Virus record (IMG/VR): IMGVR_UViG_3300032247_001219
Location: 1 to 25,408 of that record
Strand: one strand, 5' to 3'
From: a virus
Taxonomy: Duplodnaviria > Caudoviricetes
DNA length: 25,408 nucleotides
Below the pieces are notes generated by a model. That model had not been told where the DNA came from. It saw only the letters and a list, made by a program, of their open reading frames with translations, and did not search any database. Shown here one piece after another: positions 1 through 7,984 of this stretch. A program made the translations under genes and the position numbers. Positions within the stretch are counted from its first letter, which is position 1, and every line of letters begins with the position of its first letter.

Positions 1-2
1 AA

Positions 3-152
3 CTTAAAATTAATTCAAGAACCATCACTGTTATAGCAGATGAAATGAATTTAAGAGAAGAAACTAACACTAGTTTAAATGTATGTAATGGAAAATTCTT
101 TAATGTAGATGAATTAGATTGTTGGATAACAGGACTAAAAACTAAAAAATGA
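3..152 (+). CDS. 3' end of a hypothetical protein entering from the left edge
   Basis: Open frame from position 3 (LKINSRTITVIADE...WITGLKTKK*); its TGA overlaps the next ATG (ATGA, 149-152). Confidence 0.6.
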   Translation, partial: LKINSRTITVIADEMNLREETNTSLNVCNGKFFNVDELDCWITGLKTKK

Positions 153-679
153 AAAAAATCATAAAAGATATTAAGTGGGAGATATTATGTTTTAAAAGGA
201 AAATTAAAAATCTAATCCGTTGGTTTCCAATTATATGGAAAGATAGAGATTATGATGATTCTTATATTTTAGAGATATTAAAGTTTAAACTATCTAATCA
301 AGCAGAATATATTAGTAAAAGTGATGGACATACAAAATCACAATATGATGCATCTAGAATGAGACTTTGTGTAAGACTTATAGAAAAAATTCAATCTGAA
401 TATTATCAATTAGAATATATGCATTATTTTAAAAATAAATTTGAATTTATAGATAGTGTAGATTATCCTAATTGTAAAGAAATGCAAATAACAGAACTTT
501 CTAATAATTTTGAAGAATATGTTGTTAAACATTATTCAACTTATAAAAGAGTTATTACAAAACATCATTGTAAAGATAGTAAATCCACAGCACTAAAGAT
601 GTCTTATGAAGTACATCAAAAAGCAAAAAGAATATTATTTGAATTATTAAACATTCATCTTGAATCTTGGTGGGATTAA
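149..679 (+). CDS. Hypothetical phage protein (176 aa)
   Basis: Long ORF coupled to the upstream gene; WFPIIWKDRDYD...WWD pattern that I recall from phage hypotheticals. Confidence 0.8.
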   Translation: MKKIIKDIKWEILCFKRKIKNLIRWFPIIWKDRDYDDSYILEILKFKLSNQAEYISKSDGHTKSQYDASRMRLCVRLIEKIQSEYYQLEYMHYFKNKFEFIDSVDYPNCKEMQITELSNNFEEYVVKHYSTYKRVITKHHCKDSKSTALKMSYEVHQKAKRILFELLNIHLESWWD

Positions 680-737
680 ATAACTTATTATATAATTAAC
701 AAAAACAAGCTATTTATAACATTATATAACAAGTTAT
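680..737. repeat. 17-bp imperfect inverted repeat in intergenic spacer
   Basis: ataacttattatataat (680-696) vs attatataacaagttat (721-737): 16/17 complementary, 24-nt loop. Confidence 0.6.
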
Positions 738-783
738 GAATAATTAATATAATAACTAGAATAACAATTTAAAAAGAAATAAG

Positions 784-1008
784 ATGAGTAAACAAACAGC
801 AGTAGAATATTTAGTAGAAAAATTAAATCAATGTGAGCCATTTTATAGTGGTGTATTATCACTTAATCATAAACATCATATTGATGGGTTAATTGAACAA
901 GCCAAAAAAATGGAGAAGGAGCAACTATTAGATATGGGTAATCAATTTGCAATAATGGGTGAAGATAGTCCTGAACAATACTATAACGAAACATATAAAA
1001 ATAAATAA
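784..1008 (+). CDS. Small phage protein, KQTAVEWL...EQYYNETY type
   Basis: MSKQTAVEYL...IEQAKKMEKEQ...EQYYNETY pattern; A-rich start context. Confidence 0.75.
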   Translation: MSKQTAVEYLVEKLNQCEPFYSGVLSLNHKHHIDGLIEQAKKMEKEQLLDMGNQFAIMGEDSPEQYYNETYKNK

Positions 1009-1010
1009 TT

Positions 1011-1277
1011 ATGAAAGATGAATGGCAAATATTTAATATAAAGTATTTAGTATTACCTATGTGTATATTGATATTTGGATTATTAATAGGATTTGGAATA
1101 TCTGATTATAAACATAAATCAACTAAGCATTATCCAATAGAAGTAAAATGTCATTGGAAAACAGATCAATGTTCAGGTTACCCAACTATGGATGCAGATA
1201 GTGTAAAAGGTGATACTATTTACAAAGATGGATTAAGAATAGTAAGTAATAACATTATAAATATAAAATTTAAATAA
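1011..1277 (+). CDS. Hypothetical membrane-anchored protein
   Basis: N-terminal hydrophobic stretch YLVLPMCILIFGLLIGFGI. Confidence 0.7.
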   Translation: MKDEWQIFNIKYLVLPMCILIFGLLIGFGISDYKHKSTKHYPIEVKCHWKTDQCSGYPTMDADSVKGDTIYKDGLRIVSNNIINIKFK

Positions 1278-1278
1278 C

Positions 1279-1488
1279 ATGACATCAATAGAATGGTTAT
1301 TAAAAGAATTAGAGAAATTTAATCACCCAACAGAAGCAATGATTATATATGCTAAAAATTTACATAGACAAGAACTTAGTAAAACTTGGGATGAGTCTAT
1401 GAGTAATTTAGATGCTAGAGGGGGAAATATAGCAAGAGCTTGGGCTGATTTTGATGAATATTATGAACAATTAAAACAAGATAGTTAA
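1279..1488 (+). CDS. Small phage protein, possible distant paralog of 784..1008
   Basis: MTSIEWLLKEL...AKNLHRQE...FDEYYEQ resembles TAVEYLVEKL...AKKMEKEQ...EQYYNE. Confidence 0.7.
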   Translation: MTSIEWLLKELEKFNHPTEAMIIYAKNLHRQELSKTWDESMSNLDARGGNIARAWADFDEYYEQLKQDS

Positions 1489-1490
1489 AA

Positions 1491-1913
1491 ATGGAAAATA
1501 AAAAACATATAATAGAAGTTGGATTTGAAGAATTGTGTTTAATTGAAAGAGCATTAGAACTTTATGGTAGAGTTGGAATGTTACAGTTTGATTATCTTGT
1601 ATTATGTAATAGTTTACAAACTCAAATATGGAAAAAAGAACTATCTGCTGAGTTTCGTGATAAAGCTGATGACCTTAAATCTGTATTTGGATATACTCCT
1701 GATTCTAATCCAGGAATATTTAACACAGAAATAGTAGGTGATGATTGTAGAACAGCTATTGATATGTATCAAACAATCAGACACCAAAGATATTTAGATA
1801 GAATGAAAGAAAATCCTGAAGAAGAAAGTAAATATTATGGTACACATAGTTCACCAGCTGATACTTGTCAAATAGGTGAAATGAAAATACCAGACTTTAA
1901 AATTAAAGATTAA
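1491..1913 (+). CDS. Hypothetical protein
   Basis: 140-aa ORF, tight operon spacing. Confidence 0.75.
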   Translation: MENKKHIIEVGFEELCLIERALELYGRVGMLQFDYLVLCNSLQTQIWKKELSAEFRDKADDLKSVFGYTPDSNPGIFNTEIVGDDCRTAIDMYQTIRHQRYLDRMKENPEEESKYYGTHSSPADTCQIGEMKIPDFKIKD

Positions 1914-1927
1914 AAAATAGATAACAA

Positions 1928-2296
1928 ATGAAAACAATAACAATTGATGGGGTAGAATATAATCTTACTCCTATTGAAAAACAATCAAAGCCAATTATAT
2001 TAGAACAACATATAAAGTTTGAAGTCTATCCTAAAGACTTAGGTCAACATAATTGGGAAGATGCAAAGAAATTATGTGAAGATTTGGGAGATGGTTGGAG
2101 ATTACCTACAAGAGAAGAATTGCATCTGATGTGGTTAAATAGAGATAGTATTGAGAGTTTTGCCGCTGCCAACTATTGGAGTTCCAGTGAGGACGGTAAT
2201 AGCTTCGCCTGGCTTCAGCTCTTCAACAATGGCAATCAGTACAACAACTTCAAGTACAACACAAACTTTGTTCGAGCGGTAAGAAATGTTAAATAA
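1928..2296 (+). CDS. DUF1566 / Lcl C-terminal (C-type lectin fold) protein, putative DGR target
   Basis: NWEDAKKLCEDLGDGWRLPTREEL, YWSSSE, AW..F.NG and terminal VRAVR motifs. Confidence 0.85.
   Translation: MKTITIDGVEYNLTPIEKQSKPIILEQHIKFEVYPKDLGQHNWEDAKKLCEDLGDGWRLPTREELHLMWLNRDSIESFAAANYWSSSEDGNSFAWLQLFNNGNQYNNFKYNTNFVRAVRNVK
2159..2296 (+). repeat. Putative DGR variable repeat (VR)
   Basis: 57/120 G+C at 2161-2280 in an otherwise very AT-rich window; six AAC codons and many NNC/NNT codons; lies at the 3' end of a CLec gene; partial second copy at 4459-4506. Confidence 0.75.
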
Positions 2297-2360
2297 CTAA
2301 AAACATTACAATGGAAATACAAAAAATAGCAGCATTTGATTACGTTTTAAATAATTTAAT

Positions 2361-2702
2361 ATGAAAGATTTAAGATTAACACTATTAAAACAAGCTAATC
2401 AAGAAGAAACTAGACAAGCTTGTTTACATTATTTAGGAGATAAATTTCAAAAATATGATGAGCAATTAAAATTGAATAGTTTCTGGAAAACTGATATAGG
2501 TAAAATATTATCTTATGGAGTACATGAACATGTTCATGGAGCTTCAAAAATACAGTTATGTTGTTCTCTAATATTAAAGCAAATAGAAAATAAAAATTTA
2601 TCTGAAGAAGATATTGTAAAATATGTAAATAAAATAAAAGAAGGAGCTAAAACATGTTCAGAATCTATTGATTATATTTATAAACAAATTAAAGAATTAT
2701 AA
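2361..2702 (+). CDS. Hypothetical protein
   Basis: 113-aa ORF in the same-strand run. Confidence 0.7.
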   Translation: MKDLRLTLLKQANQEETRQACLHYLGDKFQKYDEQLKLNSFWKTDIGKILSYGVHEHVHGASKIQLCCSLILKQIENKNLSEEDIVKYVNKIKEGAKTCSESIDYIYKQIKEL

Positions 2703-2721
2703 TACTAAACATTAACTTAAT

Positions 2722-3012
2722 ATGAAAGGAATATACTTAACAGAACAAGGTAAACAAGAGATTGAAGCTAAGATAGCTGAATTAGAAAAATATCAACATA
2801 CTTCTGATGACATTGAAGGATATAGTGATGAAGATTGTTTTTATATTGGAGAAAGAAGTGGTGAAATTTTCACATTGAAAGAAATTCTAGCTTCAGTAAT
2901 AGTATTACCTGAAAAATCAAATTGGATTATAAGAGAATTATTAGAGGAAAGTAAAGTTTCAATTAAACAAATATTATCTAGCATAGGTAAAGATGGAATA
3001 AAAATAAAATAA
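2722..3012 (+). CDS. Hypothetical protein, paralog of 4116..4337
   Basis: MKGIYLTEQGKQEIEAKIAELEK...LKEIL shared with 4116..4337. Confidence 0.8.
   Translation: MKGIYLTEQGKQEIEAKIAELEKYQHTSDDIEGYSDEDCFYIGERSGEIFTLKEILASVIVLPEKSNWIIRELLEESKVSIKQILSSIGKDGIKIK
2747..2781 (+). repeat. 35-bp exact direct repeat (second copy 4141-4175)
   Basis: aaggtaaacaagagattgaagctaagatagctgaa present at both positions. Confidence 0.9.
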
Positions 3013-3015
3013 ATC

Positions 3016-3210
3016 ATGACAGCACAAGAATTAATAAATTACTGGAAACAAAGTTTAGAATCAGAAAAAATACAACTTGATAATCTTGATTGGGCAAGAC
3101 TTGTTTTTAATGAAGAAGGTGATGTTGTAGTGGAAAATGAACATGGAACACAGTTTTCTGTTTTAGACTTGTCTGAAAATGAAATTCAAATTTTTTATTC
3201 TAATATTTAA
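3016..3210 (+). CDS. Hypothetical protein
   Basis: 64-aa ORF, 3-nt gap from the upstream gene. Confidence 0.7.
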   Translation: MTAQELINYWKQSLESEKIQLDNLDWARLVFNEEGDVVVENEHGTQFSVLDLSENEIQIFYSNI

Positions 3211-3214
3211 GACT

Positions 3215-3817
3215 ATGACACAATATATATTACACAAATTACCAGAAGGGTTTATTATAACATCTAATCAACAACCTGTAAATGGATTGTATTTAGACAC
3301 ATATATTAATAAAGTTAAAAATACAAATGGAGCAGAGTATGAGATAAATGAAATAACCAAACAGGTAATAGCACAACAAGACCAAATAGATTTTTCTAAC
3401 TTAACAGAAAAAGAACAGGGAGAAATTGGATGGTTTGATGTTGAGAGGATATGTGTTAAAGATTTAGAAGGTCTTTACGGTACTATTTCAGATATAGAAC
3501 ATATTAGTGAAACCTATGTTAGTGGTTTTAAAACAGGGTTTTATGTTGCACAAGAACTTCTATCTGATAAAAGGTTTACCACGGAAGATGTGTTTAAGTT
3601 GATGGAACTTTTACGGGATACAGAGAGCAGAATGATATTTGAAGTTAAAACAAGAAAGTTTGTATCTCAACCTAAATCATGGAATATAGAAATAGAAACA
3701 GAATGTTCTGTGTGTGGTTTAACTGGTGTACATAAGATGTCTTGTAAAACACCTTCTCTTAGAACTCAACAACTTAGATTAAATAACGGAAAAATTAAAA
3801 TAACTAAAATATTATGA
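3215..3817 (+). CDS. Hypothetical protein with a C-terminal CxxC...H...C putative zinc-binding motif
   Basis: Start moved to ATG 3215 to avoid overlap; CSVCGLTGVHKMSC motif. Confidence 0.75.
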   Translation: MTQYILHKLPEGFIITSNQQPVNGLYLDTYINKVKNTNGAEYEINEITKQVIAQQDQIDFSNLTEKEQGEIGWFDVERICVKDLEGLYGTISDIEHISETYVSGFKTGFYVAQELLSDKRFTTEDVFKLMELLRDTESRMIFEVKTRKFVSQPKSWNIEIETECSVCGLTGVHKMSCKTPSLRTQQLRLNNGKIKITKIL

Positions 3818-4119
3818 GTACAATACCTACAGCAGAAGAGTTTCTTCAAGACCATCATCAAATAAGTCATTTTTATGATGATAAAACAAACAATATGGTG
3901 TGTTTTAGTGATGATGTTCAAAAAGCAATGATTGAATTTGCTAAACTTCATGTAAAAAAAGCATTAAAAGAAGCAAGTGAAAGTAGATGTGTAAAAATGT
4001 TAGAAAAAACATGGTATGAATATTCTTTAGAACCTGGTACAAAAATTTTAGCCAGAATAAACATTGCAGTTAATAAAGATTCTATATTAAACTCTTATCC
4101 ATTAACTAATATAAAATGA
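3814..4119 (+). CDS. Hypothetical phage protein
   Basis: IPTAEEFL...MIEFAKLHVKKALKEASE...NKDSILNSYPLTNIK; ATGA overlaps at both ends. Confidence 0.8.
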   Translation: MSTIPTAEEFLQDHHQISHFYDDKTNNMVCFSDDVQKAMIEFAKLHVKKALKEASESRCVKMLEKTWYEYSLEPGTKILARINIAVNKDSILNSYPLTNIK

Positions 4120-4337
4120 ACGGAATATACATAACAGAAGAAGGTAAACAAGAGATTGAAGCTAAGATAGCTGAACTTGAGAAGGATAGGCAATATTGGC
4201 TGGATAATACTATTAAAAATATTAGGAATCCTAACTATAACAGTTTAATGGATTCTATAAATCAAGCTAAAGCTGAACAGGCAGCGTTTTTGTTAAAAGA
4301 AATTCTATCATCAGCAACAATAACTTACCAATTATAA
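4116..4337 (+). CDS. Paralog of 2722..3012, apparently C-terminally truncated
   Basis: Shared N-terminus and LKEIL motif; ends 10 codons after LKEIL whereas the paralog continues about 40. Confidence 0.7.
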   Translation: MNGIYITEEGKQEIEAKIAELEKDRQYWLDNTIKNIRNPNYNSLMDSINQAKAEQAAFLLKEILSSATITYQL

Positions 4338-4407
4338 AACCTATGAAGAAGCAGAACTTGCATGTCTTAAAAAATTAATAGAAATAGTTAAAAAACAAAT
4401 AAGATGA
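4330..4407 (+). pseudogene. Start-less C-terminal gene fragment (NYKTYEEAELACLKKLIEIVKKQIR*)
   Basis: Reads like a protein C-terminus; no in-frame ATG; its TGA overlaps ATG 4404. Confidence 0.5.
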
Positions 4408-4460
4408 CATACAAAGAAAAACTCAACTACATGAGAATAGCCTCAGCAATAATAGGGTAA
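4404..4460 (+). pseudogene. N-terminal gene fragment (MTYKEKLNYMRIASAIIG*)
   Basis: Good start context; stops exactly at the junction with the VR-like fragment. Confidence 0.45.
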
Positions 4461-4506
4461 CTTCAAGTCCAACGCAGGCTATGTTCGTCCAGTTAGAGAT
4501 ATATAA
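4459..4506 (+). pseudogene. Orphan 3' tail of a second DUF1566/VR (NFKSNAGYVRPVRDI*)
   Basis: 24/29 identity to 2246-2274; in-frame TAG at 4453-4455 just upstream and no start codon. Confidence 0.75.
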
Positions 4507-4526
4507 AAATTTAAAACAATAAAATT

Positions 4527-4805
4527 ATGACAGTATTATTATGTGTAGTTGCTTATATTATAGTAACTTTAATCAATAGAAAAATATATATAAATTTACA
4601 AAAATTAGATAAATATTATTATCCTAATCCACCAGCTATATCTGCATGTTTTATGTTTTTATTAGGAACAATTATATTATTATGTCTATATGCATCAGAA
4701 TGTAAAACATCATCATTTATTGATAGATTGTTTAAATACATTCCAAAAGAAAAAGATAAAAAAATAAAAAATGATGAAGAAGACAAAAGATGGAGTGGAT
4801 GTTAA
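4527..4805 (+). CDS. Hypothetical membrane protein, two TM segments
   Basis: Hydrophobic stretches VLLCVVAYIIVTLI and ISACFMFLLGTIILLCLYA. Confidence 0.7.
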   Translation: MTVLLCVVAYIIVTLINRKIYINLQKLDKYYYPNPPAISACFMFLLGTIILLCLYASECKTSSFIDRLFKYIPKEKDKKIKNDEEDKRWSGC

Positions 4806-5901
4806 AATAACTAAAGATGATATACAACTACAAGCAATTTCCACTATACTAACTAATAAAAGATGCACTTGTGCATTAAGTATGGGTGTTGGTAAAACTT
4901 ATCTTGGTTTACAATATCTAAAATATCTTCAATATTTAAGTAAAAATAAAAAACTTCAAATTCTTATTGTAGCACCCAAAAAAACTGTTATACAAAGTTG
5001 GAAAGATGAAGCCACAAAATTTAATATTGAAAGTATTTTAGAAAATGTTGTGTTTAGTACTTATCTATCACTTAGCAAACAAACAATTGATTTTGATGTT
5101 ATTATATTAGATGAATGTCACAATCTTTTATTTAGTCATGATGATTATTTAAAGAATGTTAATTCTAAAATATTAGGATTAACAGGAACTCCACCACGTT
5201 ATATTGATTCAGAAAAAGGATGGATGGTAAATAAATATTGTCCAGTTAAATTTGAATATTTAACAGATGATGCTGTTGGAGATAACATCCTTAATGATTA
5301 TAAAATTTATGTTCACTATTTAAGTCTTAATAGTAATAAAGAATTAGAAGTGACATATAAAACAGGTAGTTTTATGACTTCTGAAGTTGCTAATTACCTT
5401 TATTGGACTAAAAGAGTGGATGATGCAAGACCAGGTAAATCTAAACAAATAGCTTCTATTATGAGAATGAAAGCTATAATGGAGTATTCTAGTAAAGAAG
5501 AATATGCTAAAGAACTATTTAATCAACAAACTGATAAATGCATATTATTTTGTAACACTCAAGTTCAAGCTGATAGACTTTGTTCTCATTCCTACCATAG
5601 TAAAAATTCTGATAATGAAGAAAATCTTATTAAGTTTAAAGATGGTGTCATCACTAAACTAAGTTGTGTATTGCAACTTAGTGAAGGTATTAATATACCT
5701 AATTTAAAATCAGGTATTATTATGCATTCATATGGTAATGAACGTAAATCTCAACAACGTATTGGTAGGATGATGAGATTAAATCCTAAAGAAACAGCCA
5801 CTATACACATCTTATGTTATGAAAATACTGTAGATGAATTTTGGGTGAAGAGTGCACTAAAAGATTATGATCAATCAAAAATTATACATTTAAAAAATTA
5901 A
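4771..5901 (+). CDS. Superfamily 2 DExH helicase
   Basis: Motif I MGVGKT, Ia VAPKK, II DECH, III TGT, V EGINIP, VI QRIGR. Confidence 0.92.
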   Translation: MMKKTKDGVDVKITKDDIQLQAISTILTNKRCTCALSMGVGKTYLGLQYLKYLQYLSKNKKLQILIVAPKKTVIQSWKDEATKFNIESILENVVFSTYLSLSKQTIDFDVIILDECHNLLFSHDDYLKNVNSKILGLTGTPPRYIDSEKGWMVNKYCPVKFEYLTDDAVGDNILNDYKIYVHYLSLNSNKELEVTYKTGSFMTSEVANYLYWTKRVDDARPGKSKQIASIMRMKAIMEYSSKEEYAKELFNQQTDKCILFCNTQVQADRLCSHSYHSKNSDNEENLIKFKDGVITKLSCVLQLSEGINIPNLKSGIIMHSYGNERKSQQRIGRMMRLNPKETATIHILCYENTVDEFWVKSALKDYDQSKIIHLKN

Positions 5902-5906
5902 AAAAA

Positions 5907-6191
5907 ATGGGTAAATATTTAGATTTTAAAATTACAACTTGGAAAAGACTTATATTAAATGATAATCAAGATTTGGAAAAAACAATTTCTGAATTATATG
6001 AAGGATTTACACCTTATGACATTGAATCTAAAGAATGTGAAAATTTATATGATACAGAAGAATTTATGAGTGTTCATGAAAATGATGGATGTAGTACAAT
6101 AGAAATATATCAAAATGATAAATTAATTTGGGATAATAGTTATATTTCAGAAATAAATAGAAAATTAAAAAATGATAACAACATTAACTAG
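5907..6191 (+). CDS. Hypothetical protein
   Basis: 94-aa acidic ORF. Confidence 0.7.
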   Translation: MGKYLDFKITTWKRLILNDNQDLEKTISELYEGFTPYDIESKECENLYDTEEFMSVHENDGCSTIEIYQNDKLIWDNSYISEINRKLKNDNNIN

Positions 6192-6450
6192 TGAAGAATG
6201 GGATGAAGAGTTTATCCCTATAATGGATGGAGAATCATATAAAGACTTTCATCCAAAAGTTGTAAATGATGATGAAAAAAAAGTTTTAGAAAAAGCTTTA
6301 TTAGAAGATAAAGTATGGACATTATTAGAAGGTGATACTGAAGATTTGTTTTTAGCAAATGGATTACATTATGTAAATAGACTTGATGTATATATCACTG
6401 AAAAACCATATGATAGAAATTTAATTTATGAAATAAACTGGGAATACTAA
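6172..6450 (+). CDS. Hypothetical protein
   Basis: 92-aa ORF with VWTLLEGD...GLHYVNR. Confidence 0.75.
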   Translation: MITTLTSEEWDEEFIPIMDGESYKDFHPKVVNDDEKKVLEKALLEDKVWTLLEGDTEDLFLANGLHYVNRLDVYITEKPYDRNLIYEINWEY

Positions 6451-6554
6451 TGATAATAATTATAACAATAGGAATAGTTACAAGTATAACTGTATATTTA
6501 TTGATTTCAAAGAATACTGATCAACATAACAAACATAACAAACATACAAAATGA
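6450..6554 (+). CDS. Small membrane protein (34 aa), below the ORF-track cutoff
   Basis: TAATG and ATGA coupling at both ends; MIIIITIGIVTSITVYLLI followed by HNKHNKHTK. Confidence 0.55.
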   Translation: MIIIITIGIVTSITVYLLISKNTDQHNKHNKHTK

Positions 6555-6850
6555 TTAAATGGCTATTAAAACCATCTGGAACATGTCCAATTCAAGCTCA
6601 AGGATATTTTTTAGGTAAATATTTTTATTTTAGAAGTAGATTTAATACATCTATAATTGAATTTTCAAATAAAAAATTAATTTATTATAATGATTATGAT
6701 ATTGACAAAACATACATTCTCAAAAGAACTAATGACTATGAAGCTGGATTTTTAAATTTAAATTTTTGTAAATTGTTGATTTATAAAGGTTGTTTTTTAT
6801 TTATGCTCCATCTTATTAAATCTAAAATTAAAGAATTATGCAAGCTATAA
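6551..6850 (+). CDS. Hypothetical protein
   Basis: GTCPIQAQG...FYFRSR; overlapping starts/stops with neighbours. Confidence 0.7.
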   Translation: MIKWLLKPSGTCPIQAQGYFLGKYFYFRSRFNTSIIEFSNKKLIYYNDYDIDKTYILKRTNDYEAGFLNLNFCKLLIYKGCFLFMLHLIKSKIKELCKL

Positions 6851-7206
6851 AAATTGATCCAATAAAACAAGAAGTTAGTCTTGTGGAAATAGACGGGAGT
6901 CTTGAAAGTATATATAAAGAATTAGATTGTACAACATTTACATGTCCTTCTATATTAGATAATATGGATAGTTTGTATGTTGATGATGAAGGATTATTTG
7001 TATCAGAATATAAAGGAGCTTTTTATTTTAATAATTTTCCACAAATGCTATTTGGTAATGGATTGTTAATGGGTTCTGATGAAGAAGGTGAAAGTATAGA
7101 TGTAAAAAGCACATTGGAAGAAGTTAAAAATAAAATTAAATATGTTCCTGAAGACACTGGAAGATATGTATTAGAAACATTTCAAACTACAGGTAGTACT
7201 TTTTAA
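6838..7206 (+). CDS. DUF3846-like protein
   Basis: AIKIDP...LYVDDEGL...GNGLLMGSDEEGE pattern. Confidence 0.7.
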   Translation: MQAIKIDPIKQEVSLVEIDGSLESIYKELDCTTFTCPSILDNMDSLYVDDEGLFVSEYKGAFYFNNFPQMLFGNGLLMGSDEEGESIDVKSTLEEVKNKIKYVPEDTGRYVLETFQTTGSTF

Positions 7207-7215
7207 AATTAGATT

Positions 7216-7608
7216 ATGAGTAATAATAGTTTTTATGGAAAATTAATAAAAAAAAATGGTAAACTCACCCACTATAAAGATGCTGAAAAAAAGCTGTATG
7301 AAGATTTTGTCAAAGAGATACCTGAAGGGAGTATTATTGATTTTTATTCGGAAGTGCAAACAAATGATGGTAACTTGGCACAAATGGCAAAAATTCATGC
7401 TATAATTAGAGATTTAGCTAATCATACAGGATATACATTTGATGAAATGAAACTATATACAAAAGAAGAGGCTGGTATGTGTTATACCAGCCCTGATGAT
7501 TCTAAGTTGATTTGTAAATCTTTTGGAGATTGCTCTAAAGAAGAATTAAATATGGTTATTCAGACACTTCAGATGATTGGTCTGAAGGTGAACTTTCCTG
7601 TGATGTAA
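7216..7608 (+). CDS. NinB-like recombination accessory protein
   Basis: LAQMAKIHAIIRDLANHTG...EMK...SFGDCSKEELNMVIQ resembles NinB/Orf family motifs. Confidence 0.55.
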   Translation: MSNNSFYGKLIKKNGKLTHYKDAEKKLYEDFVKEIPEGSIIDFYSEVQTNDGNLAQMAKIHAIIRDLANHTGYTFDEMKLYTKEEAGMCYTSPDDSKLICKSFGDCSKEELNMVIQTLQMIGLKVNFPVM

Positions 7609-7936
7609 TAGGAGATGCTTCTGTTACCATTTCAGATAACATATCTTCCATTGGTCTATAATCTACCAATCCTTCTTTATCAGCTTCTTCAAATACAGTT
7701 CTGATTAAGACTTGAATAGTGGCAATAGCTCCCATCCAAGGTTCTAAAGGTTGCTTGTCTTTGATTAGTTGTTCAATTTTAGATACATCTTCTTGAGTTT
7801 TACCCTCAATTAAGATTGGGATAATAGCACCAAGTTGTTGTACAAATCCTGTACCCAATTTAACATTTACAATTGCTTCTTTTTTAAGATAGGGCATCAT
7901 ATCCTGACTATCTAACTTTGAGGTTGTTTCTGACAT
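7556..7936 (-). CDS. Hypothetical protein, lone minus-strand gene with its own promoter
   Basis: 126-aa ORF filling a gap with no long plus-strand ORF; consensus promoter just upstream. Confidence 0.8.
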   Translation of the reverse strand: MSETTSKLDSQDMMPYLKKEAIVNVKLGTGFVQQLGAIIPILIEGKTQEDVSKIEQLIKDKQPLEPWMGAIATIQVLIRTVFEEADKEGLVDYRPMEDMLSEMVTEASPITSQESSPSDQSSEVSE

Positions 7937-7952
7937 ATTAATTATTTTTATA

Positions 7953-7984
7953 CAAAAATATAGAATGAATACTACAATACCAAA
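7953..7984 (-). promoter_or_regulatory. Bacteroidota sigma70-type promoter
   Basis: Minus strand TTTG (7984-7981), 20 nt, TATTTTTG (7960-7953). Confidence 0.7.

Noticed and set aside
2311-2364. 17-codon ORF MEIQKIAAFDYVLNNLI
   Set aside because: Too short to support; may be another gene fragment.
6523-6546. Short aacataaca tandem repeat
   Set aside because: Fewer than three units, in frame within a small ORF; likely slippage.
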